A stretch of DNA of 64,000 bases from Okamejei kenojei (Eukaryota). A program made the translations under genes and the position numbers. Positions 63,968-64,000 of the stretch are shown here, in pieces; the stretch's first letter is position 1; every line of letters begins with the position of its first letter. The stretch covers positions 33,418,001 to 33,482,000 of the forward strand of contig CM069155.1 of the NCBI GenBank assembly GCA_035221665.1, written 5' to 3'. The notes under the pieces were generated by a model. That model did not search any database, was not told where the DNA came from, and saw only the letters and a list, made by a program, of their open reading frames with translations.

Positions 63968-64000
63968 GTACCCGTAAATATTACATAGAAACATAGAAGA

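Noticed and set aside
61067-64000. ACADS exon 9 (EAAMAKL-like) search
   Set aside because: No matching sequence found; exons 9-10 presumably lie beyond the window

Overview
Eukaryotic (cartilaginous fish, most likely skate/ray, judged from HE1-type SINEs and HER1/CR1-type LINE tails) genomic DNA. It carries coding exons 2-8 of ACADS (short-chain acyl-CoA dehydrogenase) on the + strand. All have GT-AG boundaries and exon sizes (164/150/112/152/171/138/96 bp) matching the human gene as I recall it; exons 1, 9 and 10 were not found in the window. The introns are packed with tRNA-derived SINEs, CR1, Rex/Babar-type and Penelope fragments, plus a Harbinger-like MITE. Intron 4 holds a GC-rich, antisense, decayed ZFP36/TIS11-family tandem CCCH zinc-finger gene. 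About 12 kb (23375-35134) is repeated after an N-gap (36085-48180) with read-error-like decay, most likely a false duplication from the assembly. The most interesting signal is RNA-level. (1) A ~140-bp TSD-flanked retroposon, present as two independent insertions, whose first 54 nt fold by eye into a complete minimal HDV-like self-cleaving ribozyme starting exactly at the element's 5' end. (2) A 303-bp bipartite RTE-derived element that also begins exactly at an HDV-like P1 helix. (3) Minimal hammerhead-core motifs in the many Penelope ends. All folds were derived by manual base-pairing and are untested; repeat coordinates are approximate to about 10-20 bp.
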